Source: Eledone cirrhosa (lineage: Eukaryota). Taken from it: a stretch of 64,000 nt of DNA. Position numbers and translations under genes: made by a program. Position 1 is the stretch's first letter. Each line of letters starts with the position of its first letter. Shown piece after piece: positions 36,878 to 49,888 of this stretch. The stretch covers positions 228,098,001 to 228,162,000 of the forward strand of contig OZ024741.1 in the NCBI GenBank assembly GCA_964016885.1, given 5' to 3'. The notes beneath the pieces are model-generated. The model made no database searches. It saw nothing but the letters and a program-made list of their open reading frames with translations, and was not told the origin of the DNA.

Positions 36878-39590
36878 ATGAAATGACAGGAGGCTGGACT
36901 TGTGTAAATCCTTGAAAGGTTTATTATGCTATGATCATTTCAATGACCGGGTTCCGTATGAATCCGGTGATATCAGGTATTCCAAATATAATAGATAAAA
37001 TCCATGGGGCTGAAAATCAAAGACCCGAGGACGACCGCCATCTAGCATCTTCCACCTTTGCCGGTCGCCCTCGAGTGACGTGGCTAAAGCTTAGTGTGCT
37101 ACTACCGGTCAAATAAAGGAAAACAGAAAGGGATAGGAACATAAGTCAGCGTTAATATCATGCCACAAGAAAAAAGAAAGAAAGAAAGAAGAGAGAAGAA
37201 GGGGGAAGGAAGAAAAGGAAGAAGAAGAGAAGTCAGGGTTAATGTCAGCTATAAGAAGAAAGACAGAAAGAAAGCGGAGGAAAGGTCGGTATTACAGTCA
37301 GGCCAGGAATGTCACGAACAAAATGTTTATTCTAAGGGACATCTTAACAACTACTACCGGTCAAATATAGGCAAACAAAAAGGGGGAGGAAGATAAGTCA
37401 GCGTTAATATCATGCCACAAGAAGAAAGACAGAAAGGGAGAAGAGAAGGAGGAAAAGGAAGAAGAAGAAAAGTCAGGGTTGATGGCTACAAGAAGAAAGA
37501 TAGAAAGAAAGAGGAAGAAAGGTCGATATTAATGTCAGACTACAGTCAGGTCAGGAATGGCGCGAAAAAAATATTTTCAAAGGGACCCGTATCTTAGCAG
37601 AGGTAAATATAGTGGGGGTCAGTATGTTATAATGTGTGAGCAGAAGATTGGAACGTTACATTTTTGTTTAGACTTATAGGATGAAGTTAAAAAATTAATA
37701 TTTAATATTAACATTATAAAATTAAAGAAATTAGAAAATTGAAAGTTAAACAGCTTAACATTTTTAAGGTTGCGAGGTTTAAGCTAAAAAGGAGTCTTTT
37801 ATGAAGACACTTAAATTTTATTATAGAGTAAAGATTATGTCTTTGTTTAGCCGTCAAACAACATGCGGCGACTGCAAGCTTGGGCAGCCCATCACTCCGA
37901 GTGATATCGCCTAGCGAAAGATATGGAAATCGATTTTTCCGAGCACTCTAGGAATGTATAACAGGCTTCAGGTGCGCCAGCAGAAAGTCAGCCCGCATCG
38001 TTAGGCCATCCTTGTACAAAACCAGTACTATTCCTTTACCCAGGAGGGGGATTTGCTTAAGTAGAGGGAGGTGTGATACATCTAATAGTTCTGATTTGAT
38101 CTGTAATTTAAAGGTACTATATAGCGGTCAAAAAACCGGTTGCGCACCGGGCCCTGGGGCGATTCAAGCCACTCCGAGTAGTTTCATTTACCGAAAGAAG
38201 GGGAAATTTATTTTTCCAAGCACTCAAGGTATGCCTATGCGCCAGGGGGCCGGTCCCGCCGCCAGGAAAACCAACCCAACAGTCCGACAGAAAGTTGGAA
38301 CGTTAAAATATTGTTTAGATTTATAGGATGAAGTTGAAAGAATTCAGAATAACATTATACAATTAAAGAGTAAGAAGATTGAGAATTGAACAAATAGAAA
38401 ATTGAAAATTAAACATTTAAAAAACTTTTTTAAGGTTTTGAGTTGCGGGTTTTAGTTAAAGAGAGTCTTTTATGAAGAAACGTTAATTGTATTATATAGA
38501 TCCTCTATAAGTTATCCTAGTGGGATATAGAGTAAGAGATATAGTCGGGTAATATTTATTTTTGTTCTCAGGGGGAGACATTCTAGAGTCGGGTGCTAAT
38601 GGGTACAAGTGAGTAAAAGTCCCAATAAAAGGAGTAGAAATACATGGATACATAGAAGTAGAATACGTGGAAAAGCACATTGATAAAGCAAAGGTATAAA
38701 TATATAAGTAAACCAACAAGAGTGGTGGTGGAGTAAGATGGAGAAATCAAGACATAGGAGAAATACAATATAGTTCAGGTTGCAGTATTTATGTTCCCAG
38801 GGGGAGACATTCCAGTGTCGTGTGCTAAGGGTACACGCGAGTAAAAGTCCGAATAAGAGAAGTAAAAAGTACATGGATGTATAGAAATAGAATACGTGGA
38901 AAAAACATTAATACAGCAAAGGTAGAAAGATATAAAGATATAAATAAACAAACAAGAGTGGTGGTGGAGTAAATGGAGAGATCAAAACACAGGAGAAATA
39001 CAATATAGTTCAAGTTGCAGTCAGATAATGCATATAGATGTGGAAATGGAATCTGTGTGTTCGAGTCTGAGAATTCAGTGTGAGTTACGCAGGCCCTGAA
39101 GTATAGGGTAGAGAATTTAGTCAATACAGTACAGTACAATACAGGTTATGGTATAATCCGTAGAATTTCGTCGAAGTCTGAATATTCGGAGAGGCAAGTT
39201 GCAATGGGCCAGGTGGGCGGTAGGCAAAAACACTGAGTAGCCAAAATCCGAATGGTGGTTAGATATATTCAGTCCCATGCCGCTGTTCATTATTACATTT
39301 GGAAGTGCTCAACATATCAGGAGCATTATTTATTCAGGTTTGAGGTTCACCACTGGATAGAGCTGGTCAATTCCGTATGGTCAAGCTTAATGTAATAATA
39401 TGGAAAGTACTCAACGCAAAGCAGTTCCACCGTCTTTGTTTTTGTAGTTGGTGGTGCTAGTACGGAGTTAAATATTATAATGAAATGACAGGAGGCTGGA
39501 CTTGTGTAAATCCTTGTAAGGTTTATTATACTATGATCATTTCAATGACCGGGTTCCGTATGAATCCGGTGATATCATCAAACCTGAATA
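36876..39590 (-). mobile_element. 2.7-kb non-coding pLTR element with ~100-bp terminal direct repeats and degenerate HHRs
   Basis: 36876-36975 = 39478-39577; HHR-like motifs at 36926-36980 and 39528-39585 (stem II ACCGG..CCGGT, GAAA-TGATCA-TA); three internal duplications; TA flanks. Confidence 0.7.
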
Positions 39591-39854
39591 TATATATATA
39601 TATATATATTAGAAAGTGAGGGTATTTTAACAAAATGAAAAATAACCGAGGTGTCCTACACGAGTGAAAGTATAAAGAGAAAAAGATGAAATCGAAAATG
39701 CAACTGGAGTCTTGTTTTAAAAAATATATATATATTTATTTGGTTCCTTTTCCGGTTACGCAGTTCTTCTGCTTTTCAAAAGTAGAGTTGAGATGGAGGG
39801 TCTGTGGTTTTTCTCACATATATATATATATATGTATACATATATATATAGATA

Positions 39855-40034
39855 TAACAAAGGAATTGTGGTAAGGAACCAGATGGACCATAACGCACCA
39901 GAGTCATCAATACTTAGGGTAGTAGAGTGGGAAATAGGAAAAAGTATGACCCCGACGGCAGAGCTCAAGCCGTTTCGACGTCCAGAAATAGCCGGCGAAA
40001 CGGCTTGAGCTCTGCCGTCGGGGTCATACTTTTT

Positions 40035-40037
<3 letters not shown>
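39855..40037 (-). mobile_element. Short pLTR family D with a foldback through HHR stem II
   Basis: Arms 39933-39980 / 39991-40037; GAAA-CGGC..GCCG-TC-GGGGTC; related copies at 56160-56208, 56297-56434, 63161-63278. Confidence 0.75.
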
Positions 40038-40080
<43 letters not shown>

Positions 40081-40135
40081 AAATATACGTATACATATAC
40101 TGTACCGATTGCGTTGTTATTTCTGTTTACCTTTT

Positions 40136-40168
<33 letters not shown>

Positions 40169-40173
40169 CATAC

Positions 40174-40206
<33 letters not shown>

Positions 40207-40213
40207 TATGTAT

Positions 40214-40305
<92 letters not shown>

Positions 40306-40324
40306 ATATATATATATATATATA

Positions 40325-40880
40325 GGTAAGTTATTCCGGGTTGAATCGGAGGTAACCACACTAAGTAAGGTACTCAATACATAGCAGAGTATAAAAGTGT
40401 TAATATAGATGAGATTCTACAGGACTAAAACTGTTTCATTCTTTAGAAATCATCAGGAAGCTGGCTTCCAAAATAAATGTTGTGGTATTTATATCTTTTC
40501 AGGTGGTAGGAGAGGGTGGGGAGTGGGGTGGGTGGAGCTCATTGGTTGAAAGAAAAGGGAATTCATTAAAAGCTAATTCTTTAAGGCTATAATTTATATT
40601 TAGAGTGACAAAGGCAGAAAGAATTCTATAAACAAGTTCAAATTTGGGTGCCACTCCTTATTTTTAAGTTTCTCTTAAGCTAACAATGACTATATTTCAG
40701 GTGTCTATAAGGGGTTGGGGGTCGGTCATGGTTGATGGATTTAAAGAAAAGGGAAATAATTTAAAAGCTAATTCTTTAAAGCTCTAATTAGAGTGACAAA
40801 GTTCAAGAGAATTCTATAAACCAGTTCAAATATTGGTTACCTATCATTATTGTCATGTTTCTCTTAAGCTATAATTCAGG
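40325..40880 (-). mobile_element. PLE pLTR family C
   Basis: Homologous to 62758-63108; ends in (TA)n; contains an HHR. Confidence 0.75.
40412..40462 (-). ncRNA. Type-I hammerhead ribozyme
   Basis: Minus strand: AGCTTC-CTGATGA-TTTCTAAAGAAT-GAAA-CAG ttttagtc CTG-TA-GAATCT. Confidence 0.78.
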
Positions 40881-40896
40881 TGTCAACAGACACATT

Positions 40897-40964
<68 letters not shown>

Positions 40965-41134
40965 CATTTATATATATAAATATATATATATAAAAAATAT
41001 ACACATATACAAACATATACAAACTCATCTACAGATATACACATATATAGACATATACCCAAATACATAAATACACATACACAGATATATATATATATAT
41101 ATAAACACACACATACATACACACACACATGCAT

Positions 41135-41183
<49 letters not shown>

Positions 41184-41239
41184 CATATATATATACATAT
41201 ATATATATACATATACATACACATATATATACATATATG

Positions 41240-41273
<34 letters not shown>

Positions 41274-41292
41274 CATACACACATATATATAT

Positions 41293-41325
<33 letters not shown>

Positions 41326-41366
41326 CATACACATATATACATGCATATATATATATATATATATAG

Positions 41367-41397
<31 letters not shown>

Positions 41398-41662
41398 AAT
41401 GCTTTCTTTATTAACCACAAGGATTTACATAAAGTAGACATTAAGGACAGTACAGGATAATACAGGACGTTACAAATGGGCATTTCAGCATGTAAAAAAA
41501 ACAGGATATAATAAAAAAAATAACAATGAAAAATTCCCCAATAGAGGGGTGGGGGGTGGGGGGGGAGACTTCCGAGGGACATTTGTGGAGAAAGCCCATT
41601 AAAAGGCCACAGTGACCCTGACCACTAGGGCAAGTGCCCTCTCCTAGTTTTCCACCTTTAAT

Positions 41663-44600
41663 TTACAGACACATACTCAGAGTAGGCCCATTCACTCGGG
41701 CCATTCTTGCTTCTCTCACCCATCTTTCAACAAAATGCTGGGAAGAGAGCACTTCCCTCTCTACCCTGATTTTCCTTTTCAAATGAAATTTGAAAAAGAC
41801 AATCAGGGCATCACCGAAAAGGTAAGTGCTCGTCTTCAGCCCTTTCAAACGTATCCACCACACTATCTCTTTCGCCATGGCCACCAGACAGATAAAAACT
41901 GCCTGCCCTTCCCGGCTAAAGGAAGAGGGCGGGGAAATCCTCACGATGGACTCAGCTGATAGCTGGATCCGTCCTGCACGTGACAGCAGGTGTTCGACAT
42001 AAACCCACAAGCAATGCTCGGACACTGGACGAGTGCGTGCAGGACGGTTTCGTCGCCCTGCGCGCATCTCGGACATGCCCGGCTTACGGCACCTCCATGC
42101 CTGTAGAGTTTATCCCGAACTGGCAAAGCTCCTCGGTAGCACTGCCAGGCCAGGGATTTCCGGAAGTTGTCCATAGGCTCCGGCCCGAAAGTCCTTCCGA
42201 AGAGATTGGCTAGTTTATTTTCGACGCCTAGAGTTTTTCCAAGTACGTCGTCGCTCTTCCCCTCCACTAATCCTCTATACAACGCCAAGGTGGAGTTTCC
42301 ACCGATCACATTGCTCCATTGGTCGAGGGCTGTGAGCGCCTGAAGATATTCCAGTCTCCAAGCGCTCCCTCTCGGTCTTCGCTTGACCCAGGACTGCAGC
42401 TCCGTCAAGGAGACGAGCTGGGGAAATACGAGTTTAGCAAACGCTGACCACACCTGATCACCATCGAGAGGTGGAGATGTCGTCGCCTGAGCGCGTGTCT
42501 GCACATCATCAGCCACGGCATGCCCAGCCCTCCACGTAGCGGGTGTTGACAGCAGATGGACCGCTTGACCACAAAAAGCGAAAGAGCAAACGCTCCAGCG
42601 CAGTCAGGACAAGGTACGACGGTCAGGCGGTAGTAGATGACGGACGCGATGTACGCGTTAGCCATCTCCGCTCGACCTTTCAGGGATAGCTTCCTCTCCG
42701 CCCATTTCAGGGTGAGAGAAGGCACTCTGCTCGTCCCAGTTTTTGTCCGTCTGGAGGTCCGGACCGAACCAGACCCCTAGCAATTTAACCGGTCCGTCCG
42801 TCCAGCGCCCGACGACGCTGTTGGACGGCATGGACCTGCCTCTCCAGGTGCCGAGCTGCAGGCCCACTGACTTTTCCTGGTTGATCATTGCTCCTGTCAC
42901 CGCTTCGTATTCTCTTAGTGTAGTGCCGATCGCCTCGATGTGTTTGGCGTTCGACACCACTACGGTGAGATCGTCCGCAGATGCTGACACGGATCTTCCG
43001 CATCCTAGTTCGCGCGGGACCCTCCTCACCGTCTCCAGTTTGTGCAGTAATGGCTCGAGAGTCAATACGTACAAGAGGGACGAGAGGGGACATCCTTGGC
43101 GGACCGAGCGCATGATGTTGAACGGTTCCGAAAGGTGACCGTTCACTCTAACCACAGAACAGATGTCGCTGTGCATGGCAGCTATCCAGCCTCTGAAGAC
43201 GGGCCCAAAGCCAGCCGCCCTCAGGACTGCCGCTAGGTAATGATGGTCGACCCTATCGAAAGCTTTCGACTGATCTAAATTGATCAAGGACCCACCCGTG
43301 CCAGGTTCCCTAGCTACCCTCTCTACGATGTATCGCATGATGTGGAGGTTGTCATGGATGGATCTGTCGGGAATGGCGCACGTCTGCGCCTCACCCACCA
43401 GACCACCAACGGCAAGCGCCAGTCTCTTTGCTAGCACCTTGGACAAAATCTTGAACTCTGTGTTTAGCAGAGTTATGGGCCTGAAATTATCTATGTTATC
43501 CCCCTTGTTCGGATCCTTTCTCAGCAGCGCCACAGCTCCTCGGCTCACAGAGCTGGGAATTCTCCCGTTCTGTTGCCAGTTGCAGTAGACGTCCGCCAAG
43601 AAGCCTCCGAGCAAGTCTGGCATCTGTACGTAAAGTTCATAGGGCAGACCATCCAAACCAGGCGATTTACCCCTTGTGCAGCCAGTCATTGCCTCCCGTT
43701 CTTCAGCGGCTGTTATCGGCTTTTCGCAACACTCCACCTCAGTGGCCGAGGGCCGCGGCAGTCCGTCGAGGTAGACACTAAAGTCCATCCCTCGATTCGG
43801 CACGCTGCTGCCCTCGAACGGCTGGGCGAAGTGTCGCTGGAAAGCTTCACACATTTTCCCGGGATCGAGTAGCATGCGCCCGTCGTGGTCCACCAAAGAC
43901 CGGATCGTGGCTTTGTTGCCACGACGCGCCTCCGCCACTCGGGCCCATTGAACGGCTTTCGTCCCCTCGTGTCTGAGAGCACGCACCCTAGCTCTGACAA
44001 CGCAGCCTTCGTGCTTTGCATTGAAGAATTGGTCAAGGGCCAATTTCTCCGCAAGTACGTCGGTCGCGATGCCTTTGCTAAGCGCCTCGTCTAATTTTCT
44101 AACTAATTCTCCCTCTGCTCTATTTTTCTCTATTGCTAAAGCCTTACTAAACCTAATGGACTCTATTCTAATTGCTCTTTTCAGAGCAAACCATCACTTG
44201 TTGTTGACAATGGCCCCGTCAACGCCTGCTTAAGTAGTTCGCTAATCCGGTCTCTGTAGGCCTTGCGCGCTGGTAAGGACGCGTTTAGCATGCAGTAGCC
44301 GGGTCCTCCTCTATGAAGCCTATCTAAGTCAAGCACACAAATCACGAATTTGTGGTCCGTGTAGCTGACTATCTTGAATTGTGGACAGCCTATGCTAGAC
44401 CTATCTATTTCCCTACAAAATACTCAATCTAGATATGATCTGGATGACCCTATGCGATTTGTCCAAGTCCACATTGGCACATTCGGGAAATCCAATGGGT
44501 ACCTGTCAGACAGTTCAAAACGCCTGAGCAGGTTGGTGAGGCTCTTGCACCTTCCACCCCTATCCGCTAATCCCACACAATTCCAGCGTGCATCTAAGAT

Positions 44601-45031
44601 CCCGTTCCAGTCGCCCACTAACACTAAAGAGCGGGACTTCCAAGAAAGGTCTCCAGACGCCGGAAGAAATCAGGTCGCCCTGCCCCTGTCGGGGCATAGA
44701 CGGCCACTAGCCTGAAAGCTTGCCCGTCTCCGCTGGTCACGTCTAGCACCACCAACTTACCCTCTGGGTCCAGGAAGATGGCCCGTATGGCGAGATCCAA
44801 ACTTCTCCGAAAAAGCACAGCAACTCCTCCCCCCGATCCAGGACGGCTGGGAGATGCGTACACATCGTAGCCGCCGGAGATCAGTGCGAAGGCCCGTGCT
44901 TCGGAGATTCTGGTCTCGCTGATGGCCACTATATCTATGTTTAGTGACCTGAGGCCGTTGAGCAGGTGACCCTGCTTCCATGACGACCCCAAGCCACGCG
45001 CATTTATGCTGCCTATTCTGAGTGAGGTCAT
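41663..45031 (-). pseudogene. ORF2 (APE-RT-zinc finger), frameshifted
   Basis: Fragments 44624-45031, 44424-44624, 42658-44043, 42405-42725, 41941-42516, 41663-42076. Confidence 0.9.
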
Positions 45032-45066
45032 GTTTAAAATGGAGTGGAAAAGATGGGAAAGAACAC

Positions 45067-46982
45067 TTACCGTACTTTTCGTAGAGGAAGGATGGTTTCT
45101 CCATCCCTTTTCACTTGATCGTCTGGTGAAGGGACCGTTGAATCGTCCCTTCGGCTGCTCGTTGGCTCTTCTATGAGTATGTCCGAATATACTCTCCGGT
45201 TGAGAGTCCCTCCTAGGTCTCTGAAATCACCAACTGCGTTGGGGAATTTCGTTTTAATGTTTGTGTATTGTTTCTGTGCTATTTTTAGCAGTCTTATGTT
45301 CGTTGGCGTTTTGATTGGTGCTGGTATTATGTAGTCGTGCTGTGAAATGTCTGTGTATTCAATTATGTAAGTCATTAGTTTCTTGTGTGTATTTATTGCC
45401 GTGCATTTGTTTTTCTGGGGGTGGGGTGTGGTTCTGCTATTTTCTTGTCGTTGTTGCTGTGTGTGTGTGTTTTGTTGTTGTGTTTGCGATGTTGGTGCTT
45501 GTGGTGGTGGTGTTGAAGGTGTTGTTGTTGTTGTTGGCGATGGGGTTGTCGCCTGTGGTGATGGTGGTGCTAGTGTGGCTGGTGATGATGTTGGTGATGT
45601 TGCTGCTGTGAGTCTCTTTACCCTTTTTTTTCATTTCTTTCCTCCCTTTTCGAAGGCGACGATGCGCTGTTTCTGCGTTTGTGCCTTCTTACGACCTTTT
45701 GCATCCCTCTCCCACCTCACACTCCATGTCTGATTCTGTGAGGTCGGGGAGGGGTACCAGCTCCACTCTGTCACTTGTTGTTGTTGGTGATGTTTGCAGT
45801 GGAGTCTCTGTTGCAGCTGCATTTGGTATTACTGTTGTTGTTGTTAATACTTCCACTGCTGCTGCTGTTCTTGATTTCCGTGGCGTGGGTATGGGTGCCA
45901 CGGACCTATCGTTCCTTGTTGGCGCTTGTCCTGTTGCTGGTAGCCGTGGAGCCGGTTTCGGAAGGAGGGGGGTTTTCTCCTTTCTCAGGGTCTTCTCGTT
46001 GCAGAAGGCCCTGAGGTGAGTCTTCGACCCACAGCGAAAGCATTTCGGGCGTTTGCCCTCAACACTTATGGGCAGTTGAGTGCCGTTATCGAAGTCTATC
46101 ACATCCGGGATAGCTTCGATGCACTCCTGGTTGGTTTGGATTAACATCTCAATGGAGGTGCCGACCCAATCTTCTCTTACTTTTTTCTGTACTTGCAGTA
46201 CAGTTGTTTTGTCCTCGATTCCGACGAGGACAGACGTGGCCAGCCAAAAAGGGGCCATCCCGGGGGGGACGTGGGTCAGTTTGACCCTCACAATTTTTTT
46301 GCCCGCAGTAGGAGGGCACCAACACCATTTCCTCGCTCCTTAGGGTCACTAAGGATTGAGCCTTTGCCTCCTGGGGTGTGACAAAAAGCACGTCTTCGGT
46401 GGCATATTTCTTGCCTCGGGTGATATGCGTTTTCCGCTGCCACACAGACCCTAAGGCTTTTTGTATTTGAGCCTCTGTGGCTCTTTCAACCCTACGGTAT
46501 TTTGTGCTTACTGTACGGTATGTGACCGTACAGTACTGTTGGGTTTCGAAAAATGTTTCGGCTGCCTTGCAGATTGCTCGGTGTCCGGTTTTCGTCACCA
46601 TCTTCTTCGCTTCCTCTAATTCCTCATTTGTTATGAGGATGGTTTCCAGGTTCTTTGCGATACCTGCAAACGAGTTTGTTTTTTCTTTGCTGCTGTTGTT
46701 GTTGTTGTTGTCGTCAGAGCTGCTGTTACTTTTGTTGTTGCTGCAGGTACTACGAATACTGCCGTCGCCGCTGTTGCTGTGGTTGTTGTTGTTGTTGCTC
46801 CTGCTGCTGTTGTTTTTGCTGTTGCTGCTAATGCTGTTGTTGTTTATGCTGCTGCTGATGCTGTTGCGGCTGCTACTGTTGTTTTCCTTGTCACTGTTGC
46901 TGCTGCTGCTGTTATTACGGCTGCTATTGCTATTATTCATGACGTCAGTTGAATGAAGTGGGTTTTTGTATTTCCCGCACAC
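45067..46982 (-). pseudogene. ORF1 (Asn/Ser-rich N-terminus, zinc knuckle), frameshifted
   Basis: Fragments 46149-46982, 45689-46291, 45067-45375. Confidence 0.75.
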
Positions 46983-47412
46983 CTTTTCGTCGTTGTCGTC
47001 GTCGTCGTGGAGAAATGTTGCACGCTTTGCACGTGATTTTTCTTTACTGGCGTCGCTTGCGAAAGAGAAGGCAGGGAGAGAGACACATTTAGAGAAGGGA
47101 GGGAGAGAGACAATCTTCTCTCTGCTGTAGTGTCGATTGAGGAAGAAGAAGACGGAATGAGTGGGATTGACCTATGAAAATTCTTTTTCGTAGCCATGTT
47201 TTTTTTTTATTTAAAATAAATATTGGGCACAAAACCCCAATAAGCGGTTATTTAACCACGAAGGGCCAAATAACGGGCAGAAAGACCCCTCTCACGAGGA
47301 GGAGGGTGTTGTTGTCTACAATTTAGTTAAAGTTTTAAACAATTTACAATTGTTATAGCGGTCAACATTTACAATACCTTACAGAGCCGAGCTTCCGTCA
47401 ACCATAGCATTC

Positions 47413-47444
<32 letters not shown>

Positions 47445-47447
<3 letters not shown>

Positions 47448-49625
47448 TTTCTTTATTAGCCACAAGGGCTGACATCAAGAAAAACATTACAGACGGTACA
47501 GGGCGGTACATGACGGTACGATGTGGGTTTTGTGCATGTAAATATTTTTATTATTTATATAAGAAAAGAAAAAAAAGGACATAGAAACATATATATATAT
47601 AAACAATAAAAATGAAAATTGAAACAATGAAAAATTCCCTAATAGGGGGGGGGGGGGAATCCTCCGAGGGTTACTCGTGGCGAAAACCACACAAAAGACC
47701 ACGGCCACCCTGACCACCAGGGCAAGCGCCCTCTCAATTTTTCCATCTCTCAAACTACAGACGTATATTCAGAGTGGTCCCCGTTCACTCGGACCATTCT
47801 CGCTACATTCACCCACCTTTCAACAAACTTGCTAGAAAGCAGCACTTGCCTCTCCACCCTGATTTTCCTCTTCAAGTAAAACTTGAAAAAGTTAATTAGG
47901 GATTCGCCGAAGAGGAAAGTGTCTGTCTTTAACCCTTTTAACCTTGTCCATCACACAATCTCTTTCGCCATGGCCACCAGGCAGATGAAAACCGCCTGCC
48001 CTTCCTCCTCGAAGGAACACGGCGAGCCCATCTGCACAATGGACTCAGTCGACAACCGAATCAGTCCCACACGCGACAGCAACTGTTCGACATAGCTCCA
48101 CAAGTCAGCAATGCTCGGGCACTGAACGAGTGCGTGCACGACGGTTTCGTCGCTCTGCGCGCATCTCGGCCAAGCTCGACTGACGGCACTTCCGTGCCTG
48201 GAGAGCTTATCTCGAACTGGCAACGCTCCCCGGTAGCACTGCCAGGCCAGGGATTTTTGGAAGTTATCCATAGGCCCCGGGCTGAAAGTTCTCCGGAAGA
48301 GAGCAAACAGCTGATCTTCTTCGACGCCCAGGATCTCTCCGAGAATGTCGTCGCTCTTCACCTCCACTAGTCCTCTATAGAACGCCAGGGTAGATGTTCC
48401 ACCGATACTGGTGCCCAGCTGGGAGAGGGCAGTGAGCGCCTGGAGACATTCCAGTTTCCAAGCGCTATCCCTCGGTCTTTATGACCCAGGACTGCAGCTC
48501 CGTCAAGGAGACGTGCTGTGGGAAAACGTGCCTGGCGAACGGCGACCACACCTGTTCACCATCAAGGAAGCACCAGAGATGTCGCACCCTCAGCGCATGT
48601 TTGCGTATCATCAGCCATGGCATGCCCAGTCCTCCACGCAACGGGTGTTGACAGCAGATGGATCGTCTGACCATGGGAGCGCGTCCCTTCCACAAAAACC
48701 GGAAGAAGAGGCGCTCCATTTTGGTGAAAGTTGGGCTGGAGCAAGGGACGACGGTGAGGCGATAGCAGATGACGGATGCGATGTACGCATTCGCCACCTC
48801 CGGCCGGCCCTTAAGGGACAGCTTCCTCTCAGCCTATTTCTGGGTGAGGGAGGCCACCTTGCTCGTCACCTCGTTCCAGTTTTTCTCCATCTGAAGGTCC
48901 GATCCGCGCCAAACTCCGAGCAATTTAACCGGTCCGTCCGTCCACCGACTTTTCCTGGTTTATCTTTGCTCCTGTCACCGCTTCGTATTCCTTGAGAGCG
49001 GTGCCGAGCATCTGACGTGTCTGTTGCTCGACACCACCACGGTGACGTCGTCAGCGTAAGCCGACTCGGATTTCCCGCATCCCAGTTCGCGTGGGACGCC
49101 CCTCACCGCCCCCAGTTTGTGCAGTAACGGCTCGAGAGCCAATACGTACAAAAGGGACGAGAGGGGACAACCCTGGCGAACTGAGCGCATGATGCTGAAC
49201 GGATGCGACAGGTGACCGTTCACCCTCACAACAGAGCAGATGTCACTGTACATTGCTGCGACCCAACCCCTGAAAACGGGCCCGAAACCGGCTGCCTCGA
49301 GGACCGCCGCCAGGTACCGATGGTCGACCCTATCGAATGCTTTGGATTGATCCAAGTTGATCAGGGCCCCACCCTTGCCAGGTTCCTTAATCACCCTCTC
49401 TATGATGTATTGCATGAGGTGGAGGTTGTCGTGTATGGATCTGTCAGGTATGGCGCATGTCTGCGCTTCTCCCACCAGACCCTTGACGACAAGCGCCAAC
49501 CTCGTTGCTAACACCTTGGCCAAAATCTTCAATTTTGCGTTTAGCAGGGTTATGGGCCTGAAATCATCGATAACATCCCTCTTGTTCGGGTCTTTTCTCA
49601 GCAGCGCCACTGCACCCCGGCTCAC
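47445..49625 (-). mobile_element. 5'-truncated Tx1/L1-type LINE, diverged paralogue, with an (ATT)n tail (47413-47445)
   Basis: RT fragment 48975-49625 (AYADDV) and downstream pieces colinear with the 41401 copy. Confidence 0.9.
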
Positions 49626-49823
49626 AAAACTGGTAATTCGTTTTTTCCCGTTCTTTGCCAGGGAACGTTACCACGAACCAAAGTATCGTCTTCCTGTCTT
49701 CCTCCGGTTGCAACGTTTTTTTAAATATTCACTTCTGCGTTTACAGATTGACTTTGTTAGTTTCAGAAGATCCCGTTAAGGGTGAACGCAGCGATTCTTT
49801 GCTTAAACTTTAATCTGTTATTT

Positions 49824-49883
<60 letters not shown>

Positions 49884-49888
<5 letters not shown>

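Larger units (their letters stand above)
41401..47159 (-). mobile_element. Near full-length decayed Tx1/L1-type LINE with an (ATT)n tail (41365-41400)
   Basis: ORF1 ~46982-45067 with CCHC CFRCGSKTHLRAFC; ORF2 45031-41663 with APE (SINARGL..ISETR..VAVYAP..GDWN), RT (KSPGLDGL, RPITLLN, VRQGCPLS, ADDL) and a C-terminal CPRC..ETVLHALVQC. Confidence 0.92.

Noticed and set aside
47198-47410. Poly(T)-led segment between the two Tx1 copies
   Set aside because: Possibly another LINE 3' end, but no diagnostic homology is visible
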